From positions 25,998 to 65,626 of the forward strand of contig CAZKNL010000001.1 of NCBI GenBank assembly GCA_964554155.1: DNA of 39,629 nucleotides. The letters run 5' to 3'. The position numbers were made by a program, and so were the translations under genes. A model generated the notes under the pieces. That model worked only from the letters and a program-made list of their open reading frames with translations. It was not told the DNA's origin and did no database searches. Below, one piece after another: positions 17,177 to 25,787 of the stretch. The first letter of the stretch is position 1. Each line of letters begins with the position of its first letter. This DNA is from an uncultured Pseudomonadales bacterium. GTDB lineage: Bacteria; Patescibacteriota; Microgenomatia; UBA1400; PJMF01.

Positions 17177-18148
17177 CTACTTCTCCAATCTAGCAATCAC
17201 TACTCCACGTCGTAAGTACGTTCCCTCTGGAACACAAGTAATTAACTTTAAGTGATGTTCTTGGTAGTTCTGCTCCAAGATAAATGTATCTGTTGGTTTA
17301 ACTTCTGTTTTTTCTTCAACCACATATGTGTACTTGACACCTTCTTGAGTAATATAGATTTCATCTCCTGGTTTAAGTGTCATGATTTTACTAAAAATAG
17401 ACATGTAACGACGAGGATTCTTGACTGCTGGGTTGTAAAACTGCCGCAGCACTGAGTGTCCAAAAATAACTGGAGAACCTGGCTCTCCAGGTGAAGCTGT
17501 GCCAGGATATTGAATTAAGCTTTTATCTAAATTCGTGCCACCTGCTTTGACTCGAGCATTTTCAATATTCACTGCTGGAATATCCAGCGTATATTCTTGA
17601 ATTTTTTTGCCATCTCTTTCTGCTTGATCAAACTGGGCGAGCTCTCTTGCTTGATCAGGAGTCAAGTTTGGGAACCAGTTGTTTAAGTTGGTGTAGTCCA
17701 AATCTTCTGTCAAAATAATCGGTGTTGGAGCTGGTTCTTCAAATGCTTTTGCTTGAACCTGGTGAACTAAAGAACGGGTACCATCTAAAATTGCAGTTTT
17801 GGGAATTGGTGAGAGTAAAGAACCTTCAGCAAGTTCAGGAGAAGTAAAGACAAAGTAAGAAATAATCGGCCAGACTGCATTGCTTACTAAAAAGAAACCA
17901 ATGAGCACACAAATAACTGGAACCAGATGAACTATAATTCTGGTTCGCAGTGGCACTTTTTTTTGGAGCGACTTAAGCTGTTTTTGATCGTCTTGTTCTT
18001 CAACAGTTAGAGTTAACTGAGAACGGTCAGCATAATTCTTAATTTTTTGATGAATCAGATCAACTGGTAAGCCAGCCGCCACTGCTTGACGGTAAAGAGA
18101 AACAAGCTGGTGTTTAGAAACAGTTTTTGAAGACCGGGGCGATGACAT
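17177..18148 (-). CDS. Sortase-family transpeptidase with a long N-terminal cytoplasmic segment and a TM anchor
   Basis: 323-aa ORF with a candidate His-Cys-Arg triad: VIFGHSV, LKLITCVP (TLxTC-like) and YLRRGVV. A TM helix spans about residues 73-100, after ~70 cytoplasmic residues. Confidence 0.8.
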   Translation of the reverse strand: MSSPRSSKTVSKHQLVSLYRQAVAAGLPVDLIHQKIKNYADRSQLTLTVEEQDDQKQLKSLQKKVPLRTRIIVHLVPVICVLIGFFLVSNAVWPIISYFVFTSPELAEGSLLSPIPKTAILDGTRSLVHQVQAKAFEEPAPTPIILTEDLDYTNLNNWFPNLTPDQARELAQFDQAERDGKKIQEYTLDIPAVNIENARVKAGGTNLDKSLIQYPGTASPGEPGSPVIFGHSVLRQFYNPAVKNPRRYMSIFSKIMTLKPGDEIYITQEGVKYTYVVEEKTEVKPTDTFILEQNYQEHHLKLITCVPEGTYLRRGVVIARLEK

Positions 18149-18157
18149 GACACCTTT

Positions 18158-20278
18158 TCAATGAACTATAATCTCAATTTTAGTTGGATCACTTGGGAGC
18201 GTTGACATCAGCCGTGCAAAAAGGGCTGGCTGACGCACAATAGTCACTTTGGCAATCTCTTGTTTTTGTTGCAAGGTGTTTAGTGCTACTTTCTCATCCT
18301 TTCCTGCAATCTCTTTTTTCCAGTCATTGGCAGTGATGTTCGGACGAGCAACTGCAGAAATATGTGCATTAACGTTCACTTGAGCACTGTTACTGGCAGC
18401 ATTAGCCGGTTCTGTTAATAGTTGGATGTCGTCTTTAGAAACTGAAAAGCCATTCGGTACACCACTACTAATTACCTGCGAAGCCAAATTCTGCAGCTCA
18501 GTTGCAGAATACGATAATGCTTCTGCTTCAATACTCAGCTGTAAACTCAATGAAGTTGTTTCTTTTCCAACGTCAGCCGAAAACTTTGAGCTGGTAACTT
18601 TGATTTTATTTGTTGGGAAAACGTATTTGCCATTACCAGCTTGTGATTGAAGCTGTTCAATAGCCTGCTTGTTTAAGTTACTTTTAAGTGCAGCGAGCAG
18701 CGTATCTTGGTCTTTTTTTGAGACAGCTTGAATTTCTCGGCTGGTTCCCCCACTGAGTGCTGCGGCTATTCGGGCAATGTAGGTATCTTTGGCAAATGTA
18801 TCAATAGTTAACTCAGTATCTTTCGCTAAGTTATAGTTTTCACCAATATCAGCCGCTGTCACACTTGCGTCCAAGGTTCCAGGATTCGTTTCAAAGTTGC
18901 GACCAGTGCTGGCAGAAGCTATAGTGGCACCTTGATCTAAAAGATACTTCAACTTGCCTGAGGCAAGCACTGTTCCAGCTGGGAATGTCTTAGTACTACT
19001 CGTTCTATTAAACAACGTTACTTTGCCTTTTGCTTTATCACCGATTAATTTTTTACCTGTGGTTTCGGTACTTTTTTCTCCAGAAACTGTTTGTTTGACA
19101 ACTTCTGCTTTTAACACCCCAGTTGTCGGGTCACTGACGGCAACTTGTGGATCAAGACGAAGAATCAGTTGCTTCGAGAGTGGATCCTTTTTCAACTCAA
19201 CATTCACTTGGGTGGTCATCATTGATGCAGAGGCAATCGTAAAGATAAAAAAGAGGAGAAGTATCCCTAATAACACGCCGATTGCTGCAAATAAGACGGG
19301 GTGCTGGGGAACTTTTTCAAGTAAAGCAAGTGGCTGACGGAGAGTTTGTTGAGATGATGATTGAGCCGAGTGTTTTTCCATATCCTCTACAACCTCCTCG
19401 GCTTCGGTATCAAGTGTTGGTTCGACTGCCAAGGCTGTTGTTGTTAGTTGTTGCTTTTCTGTTGGGAATTTTTCTTCTTCTTCTAGAACTTCTTCAACTG
19501 ATTGGGCAGGTTGGGCTGGATCAATCAAGTGTTGTGACTCCGCCACTGCCCGTCCTCCAGTTTGGAGAATAATCCCCATAATTTCTTCTGCCGAAATCAC
19601 TTCAAAACTCGGTTGCTGGATAAAGTGAAATTGACTCACCAAGTCAAGTTCCAGGAGCCGTTGTCGACATTCTTCAAGTTCGTCAGCTGTTAAAACTGCC
19701 GAATCTGAATATAACAGAACCGTCGAAGGTAATGGTGTTTCATGGAAACGGGCAAAACCTTCTTTGATGTCATCTACTACATTAGCTGATCGACCAACCA
19801 TTTCTTGTTGGCCGAGCTTCCCTTTTTTGACGATGCTGATTGAGACACGCTCGACCAGCACTTCGATTACAAAGCATTGCAACGATGTTCCGGTCCGATG
19901 GAGTTGATCTTGAATAATTGCCTCAGGAATAACCACAAAACCAACTGCTTCTAATGCCAATTCTCTAGTAATCTGTTGAAAAAGTGGTTTTTTATCTGCC
20001 AAAATTCCCTGTTGATTTACCCAAGTAGGTTCTAGAGCAAATAAAGTTTGCTTAACTTCTTCGGATTCTTTACCCAACTGTTGGAGAGCGTGATCAGTTG
20101 CATCAACTAGCGCCGACTCCTCTTTCCAAGGGATAGGAGAAGAAGTGGTCAAAATTTCTACATCTTGGTTAACAACCTGCCACAGCCCAGCACGCACTGC
20201 GTGCTCTCCAAAGTAAACCACGAAAAAACGATGCGGAGAGCTTGAAGGCTGTGCTGAAAATAAGCCAGGCAACTTCAT
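18158..20278 (-). CDS. Hypothetical bitopic membrane protein: degenerate actin-like (FtsA/PilM-like) N-domain, acidic linker, TM helix, beta-rich ectodomain
   Basis: 706-aa ORF. Residues ~17-245 show an actin/Hsp70-fold pattern (FFVVYFGEHAVRAGLWQV, LALEAVGFVVIPEAII, CFVIEVLVERVSISIV) without canonical phosphate-binding Asp/Gly motifs. Residues ~255-320 are an E/Q/T-rich linker. The TM helix is at ~327-353. The ectodomain includes KGKVTLFNRTSSTKTFPAGTVLASGKLKYLLDQGATI. The stop is 9 nt from the sortase start. Confidence 0.75.
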   Translation of the reverse strand: MKLPGLFSAQPSSSPHRFFVVYFGEHAVRAGLWQVVNQDVEILTTSSPIPWKEESALVDATDHALQQLGKESEEVKQTLFALEPTWVNQQGILADKKPLFQQITRELALEAVGFVVIPEAIIQDQLHRTGTSLQCFVIEVLVERVSISIVKKGKLGQQEMVGRSANVVDDIKEGFARFHETPLPSTVLLYSDSAVLTADELEECRQRLLELDLVSQFHFIQQPSFEVISAEEIMGIILQTGGRAVAESQHLIDPAQPAQSVEEVLEEEEKFPTEKQQLTTTALAVEPTLDTEAEEVVEDMEKHSAQSSSQQTLRQPLALLEKVPQHPVLFAAIGVLLGILLLFFIFTIASASMMTTQVNVELKKDPLSKQLILRLDPQVAVSDPTTGVLKAEVVKQTVSGEKSTETTGKKLIGDKAKGKVTLFNRTSSTKTFPAGTVLASGKLKYLLDQGATIASASTGRNFETNPGTLDASVTAADIGENYNLAKDTELTIDTFAKDTYIARIAAALSGGTSREIQAVSKKDQDTLLAALKSNLNKQAIEQLQSQAGNGKYVFPTNKIKVTSSKFSADVGKETTSLSLQLSIEAEALSYSATELQNLASQVISSGVPNGFSVSKDDIQLLTEPANAASNSAQVNVNAHISAVARPNITANDWKKEIAGKDEKVALNTLQQKQEIAKVTIVRQPALFARLMSTLPSDPTKIEIIVH

Positions 20279-20371
20279 AGATCACTCTCATTAAAGCAGA
20301 CTTCTCGGAGAAATTCCAGGACTGACCGCTCTTCTTTCTTACCTTCTTACCTTACACGTTTGTAAGGTGGA

Positions 20372-22243
20372 TCAAGTCAGCTGCATATACACCCGTCGAA
20401 TCCCAGCCGAGGTAGACTGTTCCTTGAGTAACTTGATCGGTCCAATCTGCCCAGTAGAGGTAACGTGGGGTCCTCCGCAGAACTCTTTAGAAATCCAGTC
20501 CTTATCTACATCTTTGCCGATGGTGTAAACCGAGACTTCATCTGGATATTTTTCCAGGAAAAAAGCGATCGCCCCTGATTGGAGTGCCTCGTCTTTGGGG
20601 AGTAATTTCATCGTCACTGGCAAGTCTTCTCTAATCCATTCATTGACTAGATCTTCAACTGCTTTTTGTTCTGCCAGTGTCATCGGTGTTGGGTGTGAAA
20701 AGTCAAAGCGAAGGCGTTCGACAGTGATGTTCGAACCTTTTTGTTGGACGTGGGTGCCTAATACTTTGCGCAGCGCTGCATGCAGAAGGTGAGTGGCAGT
20801 GTGATACTTCGTGGTAACTTCAGAATGGTCGGCAAGGCCTCCTTTGAACATGCCGGCCGAAGCAGTCCGCGAGAGGTCTTTGTGTTTTTCAAACTCTGTC
20901 TTGAATTGGTCAACATCAACCTTTTGACCCTTTTGTTGAGCAAGTTCAATCGTAATTTCCAAGGGGAAGCCATATGTTTGGTATAGACCAAAAGCAACTT
21001 TCCCATCCACAGTTGTTTGTTTTTCAAAAAACTTCAAACCTTTATCTAACGATGTGGTAAATTTTTGAGCTTCTGTTGACAGAACTGACTCAATCAAATT
21101 TTTATCCAGAGATCTATCAAAGTAAATACCGTCATAAATACTGAGTACTCCTCTATCAGCAATCGTAAGTAAATGACTGGGATCAAGTCCTCCACCCAAT
21201 TGGTGAAGTTTGACAGTAGCTCGACGAATCAAACGACGAAGGAAGTATCCCTGGGCTTTGTTGGAGGGAACGACTTTATCCTTGATCAGGAAAACTGCAG
21301 CTTTTAAGTGATCAGCGATCACTCGCATTTGAGATTTGTGAATGCCTTCATACTTTTTATGAGTTGTTTTCTCAATTTCTGTAATAATGTCGGTGAACAG
21401 AGCAGTCTCAAAGATATCTGGTTGGTTGTTCATCACTGCTAAAATTCGTTCAAATCCACCCCCAAAATCGACATTTTTCTGCGGCAGTTCTTGGAACGAT
21501 CCGTCCTCTTGTTTCTGATACTGCATGAACACCGAGTTACCAATTTCTAGGAAACGACCACAGTCGCAGTTGACGTGACAGGGTTCATTTTTAAAAGGAG
21601 AGTTTTGGTGCAACTCTAACTCAATCCCAAAGTCATAGAACACTTCACTATCTGGACCACCTGGTTCACCAGCTGGCATCTTGGCTGGAATACCGGAGCG
21701 CGACCACCAGTTCTTTTTTTCACTGTAGGAGAAAATGCGGCCATCGTGCATTCCGTTTTTGTCTGCGTGATCGACGTCTTTGGCGTTGATACCCACTTCT
21801 TTGAAGAGTGTTTTCCACAGCTCAACAGACTCGCTGTCACGTGGAATGTTCAGTTCTGTACTGCCAGCGAAAACTGTCACGAATAATCTGTGCGGATCAA
21901 GTCCCACTTCTTTAGTTAAAAACTCAAAAAACCACCGCAGCTGTTCTTTCTTGAAGTAATCACCCAACGACCAGTTCCCCAACATTTCAAAGAAAGTGGT
22001 ATGACGATTATCTCCAACTTCTTCAATATCTTGGGAGCGGAAACATTTTTGGGAATCAGTAATTCGAGTCCCTTTAGGATGCTTTTCACCTAATAAATAA
22101 GGCACCATTGGTTGCATTCCCGAACCTGTGAACAGAGTCGTCGGATCATTTTCAGGAACTAACGGTGAAGATGGAACAATCGCATGACCTCGCTGAGCAA
22201 AAAAATCAAGATACTTCCGGCGAAGCTGGTTTGGTGACAACAT
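20372..22243 (-). CDS. alaS: Alanine--tRNA ligase, short form lacking the C-Ala domain
   Basis: 623-aa ORF. The class II AlaRS N-terminus is present (FFAQRGHAIVPSSPLVPENDPTTLFTGSGMQ, FEMLGNWSLGDYFK). The editing-domain zinc motifs HTATHLLH and CGGPHV are present. The ORF ends shortly after the editing domain. Confidence 0.93.
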   Translation of the reverse strand: MLSPNQLRRKYLDFFAQRGHAIVPSSPLVPENDPTTLFTGSGMQPMVPYLLGEKHPKGTRITDSQKCFRSQDIEEVGDNRHTTFFEMLGNWSLGDYFKKEQLRWFFEFLTKEVGLDPHRLFVTVFAGSTELNIPRDSESVELWKTLFKEVGINAKDVDHADKNGMHDGRIFSYSEKKNWWSRSGIPAKMPAGEPGGPDSEVFYDFGIELELHQNSPFKNEPCHVNCDCGRFLEIGNSVFMQYQKQEDGSFQELPQKNVDFGGGFERILAVMNNQPDIFETALFTDIITEIEKTTHKKYEGIHKSQMRVIADHLKAAVFLIKDKVVPSNKAQGYFLRRLIRRATVKLHQLGGGLDPSHLLTIADRGVLSIYDGIYFDRSLDKNLIESVLSTEAQKFTTSLDKGLKFFEKQTTVDGKVAFGLYQTYGFPLEITIELAQQKGQKVDVDQFKTEFEKHKDLSRTASAGMFKGGLADHSEVTTKYHTATHLLHAALRKVLGTHVQQKGSNITVERLRFDFSHPTPMTLAEQKAVEDLVNEWIREDLPVTMKLLPKDEALQSGAIAFFLEKYPDEVSVYTIGKDVDKDWISKEFCGGPHVTSTGQIGPIKLLKEQSTSAGIRRVYMQLT

Positions 22244-22253
22244 ACACCCCTTC

Positions 22254-22622
22254 TTACACCCCAGTGAACTTGACTGTTTCCCGTTTGGCTTTGCGAGCAG
22301 TTACCTTGATTGGCTTGTGAACTTTATTCGGAGTACTTGGAGTGATTAGCTCTTGAGGTAAAGAAGCTTGAAAAACTTCTTGGAAAAAGTTTTGTAGAAA
22401 ATCGCGTAAAGAGAGTTTGCTATCAGTGATCACCCCCTCTTTGGCCATGTAGTCTTTTGCACTCTCCCATTCTTCTATCAGTTGCTTACGGAGTTTTGCT
22501 CCTTGGGGAGTCGCAAATAAAAAATAACCAGCCGCACCAGCGAAGAGCCCGACGCTGAAGCCAGCGACAAAGCCTCCTTGATCAGAAGGATATGGTGAGT
22601 TACTCGCCTCTCTGTCCATCAT
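22254..22622 (-). CDS. YtxH-like membrane-associated protein
   Basis: 122-aa ORF with a Gly-rich hydrophobic helix followed by an amphipathic helix (GFVAGFSVGLFAGAAGYFLF...GAKLRKQLIEEWESAKDYM). It overlaps the upstream DUF948-like ORF by ~20 nt. This is a family call from memory. Confidence 0.6.
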   Translation of the reverse strand: MMDREASNSPYPSDQGGFVAGFSVGLFAGAAGYFLFATPQGAKLRKQLIEEWESAKDYMAKEGVITDSKLSLRDFLQNFFQEVFQASLPQELITPSTPNKVHKPIKVTARKAKRETVKFTGV

Positions 22623-22884
22623 TTCTGCGATTCAACCATCGAGTAAATGACTCGAGGACTTTTAAACCGGAACCAAGTGTGGTACTTACTCCAACTAAAC
22701 TTTGGAATGGTGAGACGATTGAGTTAATCTTGACTTCAGCAACATCAATGGTGGTGTTGACTCGATCAAGGGTTTTTTTGACACGACTTAAAACTTGAAT
22801 AACATAGATCCCGACGATGACCATCATGATGGTCAAAATAGAAATAGCGATCGTTAAAATCAGTGGCAGAAAAGCAGGTTGCAT
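22600..22884 (-). CDS. DUF948-like small membrane protein
   Basis: 94-aa ORF with an N-terminal TM helix and a coiled segment (VLSRVKKTLDRVNTTIDVAEVKINSI). DUF948-YtxH pairing is common in Gram-positive genomes. Confidence 0.6.
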   Translation of the reverse strand: MQPAFLPLILTIAISILTIMMVIVGIYVIQVLSRVKKTLDRVNTTIDVAEVKINSIVSPFQSLVGVSTTLGSGLKVLESFTRWLNRRNDGQRGE

Positions 22885-22897
22885 AGTGTTGACTATA

Positions 22898-23542
22898 TCA
22901 TAGTTTTACTCGAATGATTCGTTGGATGACACTCCGCTTCCCCCGTCGATCGACAGCTTCTACAGTCAAAATGTGCGTCCCTTCTTTAGGAAGTAAAATC
23001 TCTATTTCAAACTTCCCGTCCGGATATAAAGAAACTGGTTGTGTGTTAACCGATACAATTACATCTGGTAGGGTCTTGCCTTCAATCTTGACTTTTTCTC
23101 CGACTACCTGGTTCTCTTCAGGAGAAAAAAGATCTAAAGTTGGTGGTTTTTGAAAGCTATACCACTGGAAAACAACATAGGAAATCAGGGTCAAAAAGAT
23201 TACCCCTAGAAAGAGGAATGTCATTGTTAATGGCGTCCACAGTGGTTGCTTTTTGAGGGTTGGTCGAATGAACTCTCGCGGAACGAGTTTGCCAGTCGCA
23301 CTTTCTTTAAAGTCTCGGCGTAAAGTAGCCAGAAGTGGCTGCGAATCTTGACCAAAGTACTCTGCTAAATTACGAATAAATCCTTTGACAAAAGCAGCTG
23401 CGGGTAAGTGGTCAAACTGATTTTCTTCTAAAGCAACCAAGTACTTTGCTTGAATTTTGGTTTCTTTAGCAAGTTGTGGAATGGTGAGATTATGTTTTTG
23501 ACGCTCACTTGCTAGTAGCTCACCGATTGTCTTGGTTTTCAT
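22898..23542 (-). CDS. RodZ-like helix-turn-helix membrane protein
   Basis: 214-aa ORF. The N-terminal HTH_25-like region reads IGELLASERQKHNLTIPQLAKETKIQAKYLVALEENQFDHLPAAAFVKGFIRN. A central TM helix and a C-terminal beta domain follow. Confidence 0.8.
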   Translation of the reverse strand: MKTKTIGELLASERQKHNLTIPQLAKETKIQAKYLVALEENQFDHLPAAAFVKGFIRNLAEYFGQDSQPLLATLRRDFKESATGKLVPREFIRPTLKKQPLWTPLTMTFLFLGVIFLTLISYVVFQWYSFQKPPTLDLFSPEENQVVGEKVKIEGKTLPDVIVSVNTQPVSLYPDGKFEIEILLPKEGTHILTVEAVDRRGKRSVIQRIIRVKL

Positions 23543-23554
23543 CGTTAGGATTCA

Positions 23555-23624
23555 CTTTTTCGGAATAGGTGAGCCGTCCAAGTTCTTCCCCATACTCAAT
23601 GACGTCTCACCTATTCCGAAAAAG
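23555..23624. repeat. Perfect 19-bp inverted repeat with a 32-nt loop, filling the yqeY / rodZ-like intergenic region
   Basis: ctttttcggaataggtgag (23555..23573) is the exact reverse complement of ctcacctattccgaaaaag (23606..23624). Confidence 0.9.
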
Positions 23625-23635
23625 CGAACTTCCTC

Positions 23636-24073
23636 TTAGGCTGTAAGGAATTTTTTCACTGTGGCAGAGACTTGTCCTCCATCTGCTTTACCTTGAACTT
23701 TAGCCATGACTGCCTTCATTGCTTTTCCAAAATCAGAATTGCCAACTTCTGCTAAGACTTCTTTGACAGTTGCTTCCAGTTCTTCAGGAGTTAATTGTTT
23801 TGGCAAATATGCTTCCAAAATAGCAATTTTTTTGTTCTCTTCTTCGACAATATCTTGTCGTCCGGCTTTGATAAAATCTGTCAGAGCGTCCTTCATTTTC
23901 TTGACTTCACGCGCAACAATTTTGACAACACCATCATCATTTTGTGGACCGTTATCAATCTCAAAGTTTTTGATGGCAGACATCAAAAAACGAACAGTGT
24001 CTCGTTTGAGTTGCTCACCTGATCGCATCGCGTTCTTCATGTCTTCAGTAAGTTGTTCTTTGAGTGTTAGCAT
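23636..24073 (-). CDS. yqeY: GatB/YqeY domain protein
   Basis: 145-aa ORF (LKEQLTEDMKNAMRSGEQLKRDTVRFLMSAIKNFEID ... ILEAYLPKQLTPEEL), typical of the YqeY family. Confidence 0.85.
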   Translation of the reverse strand: MLTLKEQLTEDMKNAMRSGEQLKRDTVRFLMSAIKNFEIDNGPQNDDGVVKIVAREVKKMKDALTDFIKAGRQDIVEEENKKIAILEAYLPKQLTPEELEATVKEVLAEVGNSDFGKAMKAVMAKVQGKADGGQVSATVKKFLTA

Positions 24074-24135
24074 ATTTTTCCTTTAAAAGGATTGTATCAC
24101 TGATTGCCTTGAGTGATGTACGATTACTTGGCAGT

Positions 24136-25149
24136 ATGGTTGACGATTTATCTGTCCAAAACTTTCAGACAACTGGTCATAAAGTTCCTGCCACTTTATT
24201 TAGTGGTTTTTTGGGTTCTGGAAAAACTACCATCATCGGCCACTTGATTGACGATTTGCAAAGTCAGGGTATTCAAGTTGCTTACGTTAAAAACGAAGTG
24301 GGCACTGACACTGTGGATGAAAATATTATTCGGGGTAAACATATTCTGACCAAAGAACTGCTCAATGGCTGCATTTGTTGCACGTTGGTCGGAAGTTTTT
24401 ACCAAGCATTGACTGAAATTGTGGAGACAATTCATCCTGATCGAATTTTGATTGAAGCATCAGGGGTAAGTGACCCTGTCGCGATCGCCTTGACTCTACA
24501 ATCACATCCACTGATTCGCCGCGATGGTGTGCTCACCATCATCGACGTGGTGAACTATAACGGTGTTCCTGAATTGAATAAGGTTTCGCAGCATCAAACT
24601 GAGTTTACGGACTTGATTATTTTTAACAAAGTTGAGCTCGTCGATGACGAACGGAAGCAACGAGTTGTTGGTTATGTTCGCGAAGTGAATACCAAAGCTC
24701 CAATTGTTGAAGCACCAGCCGGACACATTCATCCAAGTTTAGTATTTGGTTTATTTCCGAGTGATATCACTAGTCAGACAAAGATGCTGGAGTTGAAGAA
24801 AGACCACTCACACTTAGATAATGATCAGATTGAGACGTTTACTCTCCTGACTAATAAAACTTATGATCCTTCAAAACTCATAACAGTCCTTTCTTGTTTG
24901 CCGCAGCAAATTTTTCGGGTGAAAGGCTTTGTCTGTGTGATGAGTGATACTGATAAAAGTGGCAAAAAAATGATGATTGTAAATGGAGTGAATCAACAGA
25001 TTGAGTTGAGTGATGTTCCAGCTACTTTTGCCGAAGAGGAAGGAAAGCTTGTTTGTATTGGGTTTATGATTGGAGAGTTGCGACAAGAAGTAGAAATGAG
25101 AATTGATACTGCTTGTGCGTTGGTTCGTGTCAAACCTAGCTTCGATTAA
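24136..25149 (+). CDS. COG0523 / CobW-family G3E GTPase (putative metallochaperone)
   Basis: P-loop GFLGSGKTT, the CxCC motif NGCICCT, and NKVELV are present. The ORF track starts at the GTG at 24064, overlapping yqeY. I prefer the in-frame ATG at 24136. Confidence 0.85.
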   Translation: MVDDLSVQNFQTTGHKVPATLFSGFLGSGKTTIIGHLIDDLQSQGIQVAYVKNEVGTDTVDENIIRGKHILTKELLNGCICCTLVGSFYQALTEIVETIHPDRILIEASGVSDPVAIALTLQSHPLIRRDGVLTIIDVVNYNGVPELNKVSQHQTEFTDLIIFNKVELVDDERKQRVVGYVREVNTKAPIVEAPAGHIHPSLVFGLFPSDITSQTKMLELKKDHSHLDNDQIETFTLLTNKTYDPSKLITVLSCLPQQIFRVKGFVCVMSDTDKSGKKMMIVNGVNQQIELSDVPATFAEEEGKLVCIGFMIGELRQEVEMRIDTACALVRVKPSFD

Positions 25150-25175
25150 TTTTCATCAAGCAGTACAATGCAGCC

Positions 25176-25769
25176 ATGTTGCAAATGTTTGGATTAATTT
25201 CTGGATTTCTGAGCGCGCTGTGTTATATACCGTATGCCAAAGATACTTTGTCCGGCACAACTCAACCTGAACGTGCCTCATGGTTTATTTGGACAGTTCT
25301 TGGAAGTATTGCCTTCTTTTCCCAACTTGCTAAAGGTGCAACTGCTTCATTGTGGTTAACTGGTGTCCAAGCAATTGGAGTGACAATTATTTTTTTGTTG
25401 TCATTGAAGTATGGTGTTGGTGGGTTGGTTAAAAAAGATATGTTTGCTCTCGCAGCCGCCGCATTGGGTGTAGTGTTGTGGTGGCTGACTCGTGAAGCGG
25501 CAATTGCGTTATTGATTATCATTTTCGTGGATACAATCGGTACAGTTTTAACAGTCATGAAGGCCTATCAATATCCTGCGAGTGAGACATGGAGCACATG
25601 GCTTTTGGCAGGCATTTCCGGTCTATTTGCAGCTCTGGCTGTTGGTGAAATGAACGTTATTTTATTAATTTATCCGGTGTATATATGTTTAATTAACATC
25701 AGTGTACTGACGGCGATTTACTTTGGAAAGCAAAAAACCAGAATACGTTTCAAAACAGGTTCTACGTAA
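25176..25769 (+). CDS. Polytopic membrane protein (about 6-7 TM, weakly PQ-loop-like)
   Basis: 197-aa, very hydrophobic ORF. The first helix-loop, GFLSALCYIPYAKDTLSG, loosely resembles a PQ-loop. No firm family assignment. Confidence 0.6.
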   Translation: MLQMFGLISGFLSALCYIPYAKDTLSGTTQPERASWFIWTVLGSIAFFSQLAKGATASLWLTGVQAIGVTIIFLLSLKYGVGGLVKKDMFALAAAALGVVLWWLTREAAIALLIIIFVDTIGTVLTVMKAYQYPASETWSTWLLAGISGLFAALAVGEMNVILLIYPVYICLINISVLTAIYFGKQKTRIRFKTGST

Positions 25770-25787
25770 TGTTACAATTCGGAGAAT

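Noticed and set aside
18158-18210. The TLPSDPTK sequence near the C-terminus of the 706-aa protein as a sortase sorting signal
   Set aside because: It is not LPXTG/LAXTG, and no hydrophobic segment with a basic tail follows it. The protein ends 8 residues later. It is not a convincing substrate for the adjacent sortase.
20758-21840. ORFs 20758..21027 (-), 20780..20986 (+) and 21616..21840 (-) inside alaS
   Set aside because: They are alternate-frame or antisense ORFs within a conserved aminoacyl-tRNA synthetase gene, and nothing else supports them.
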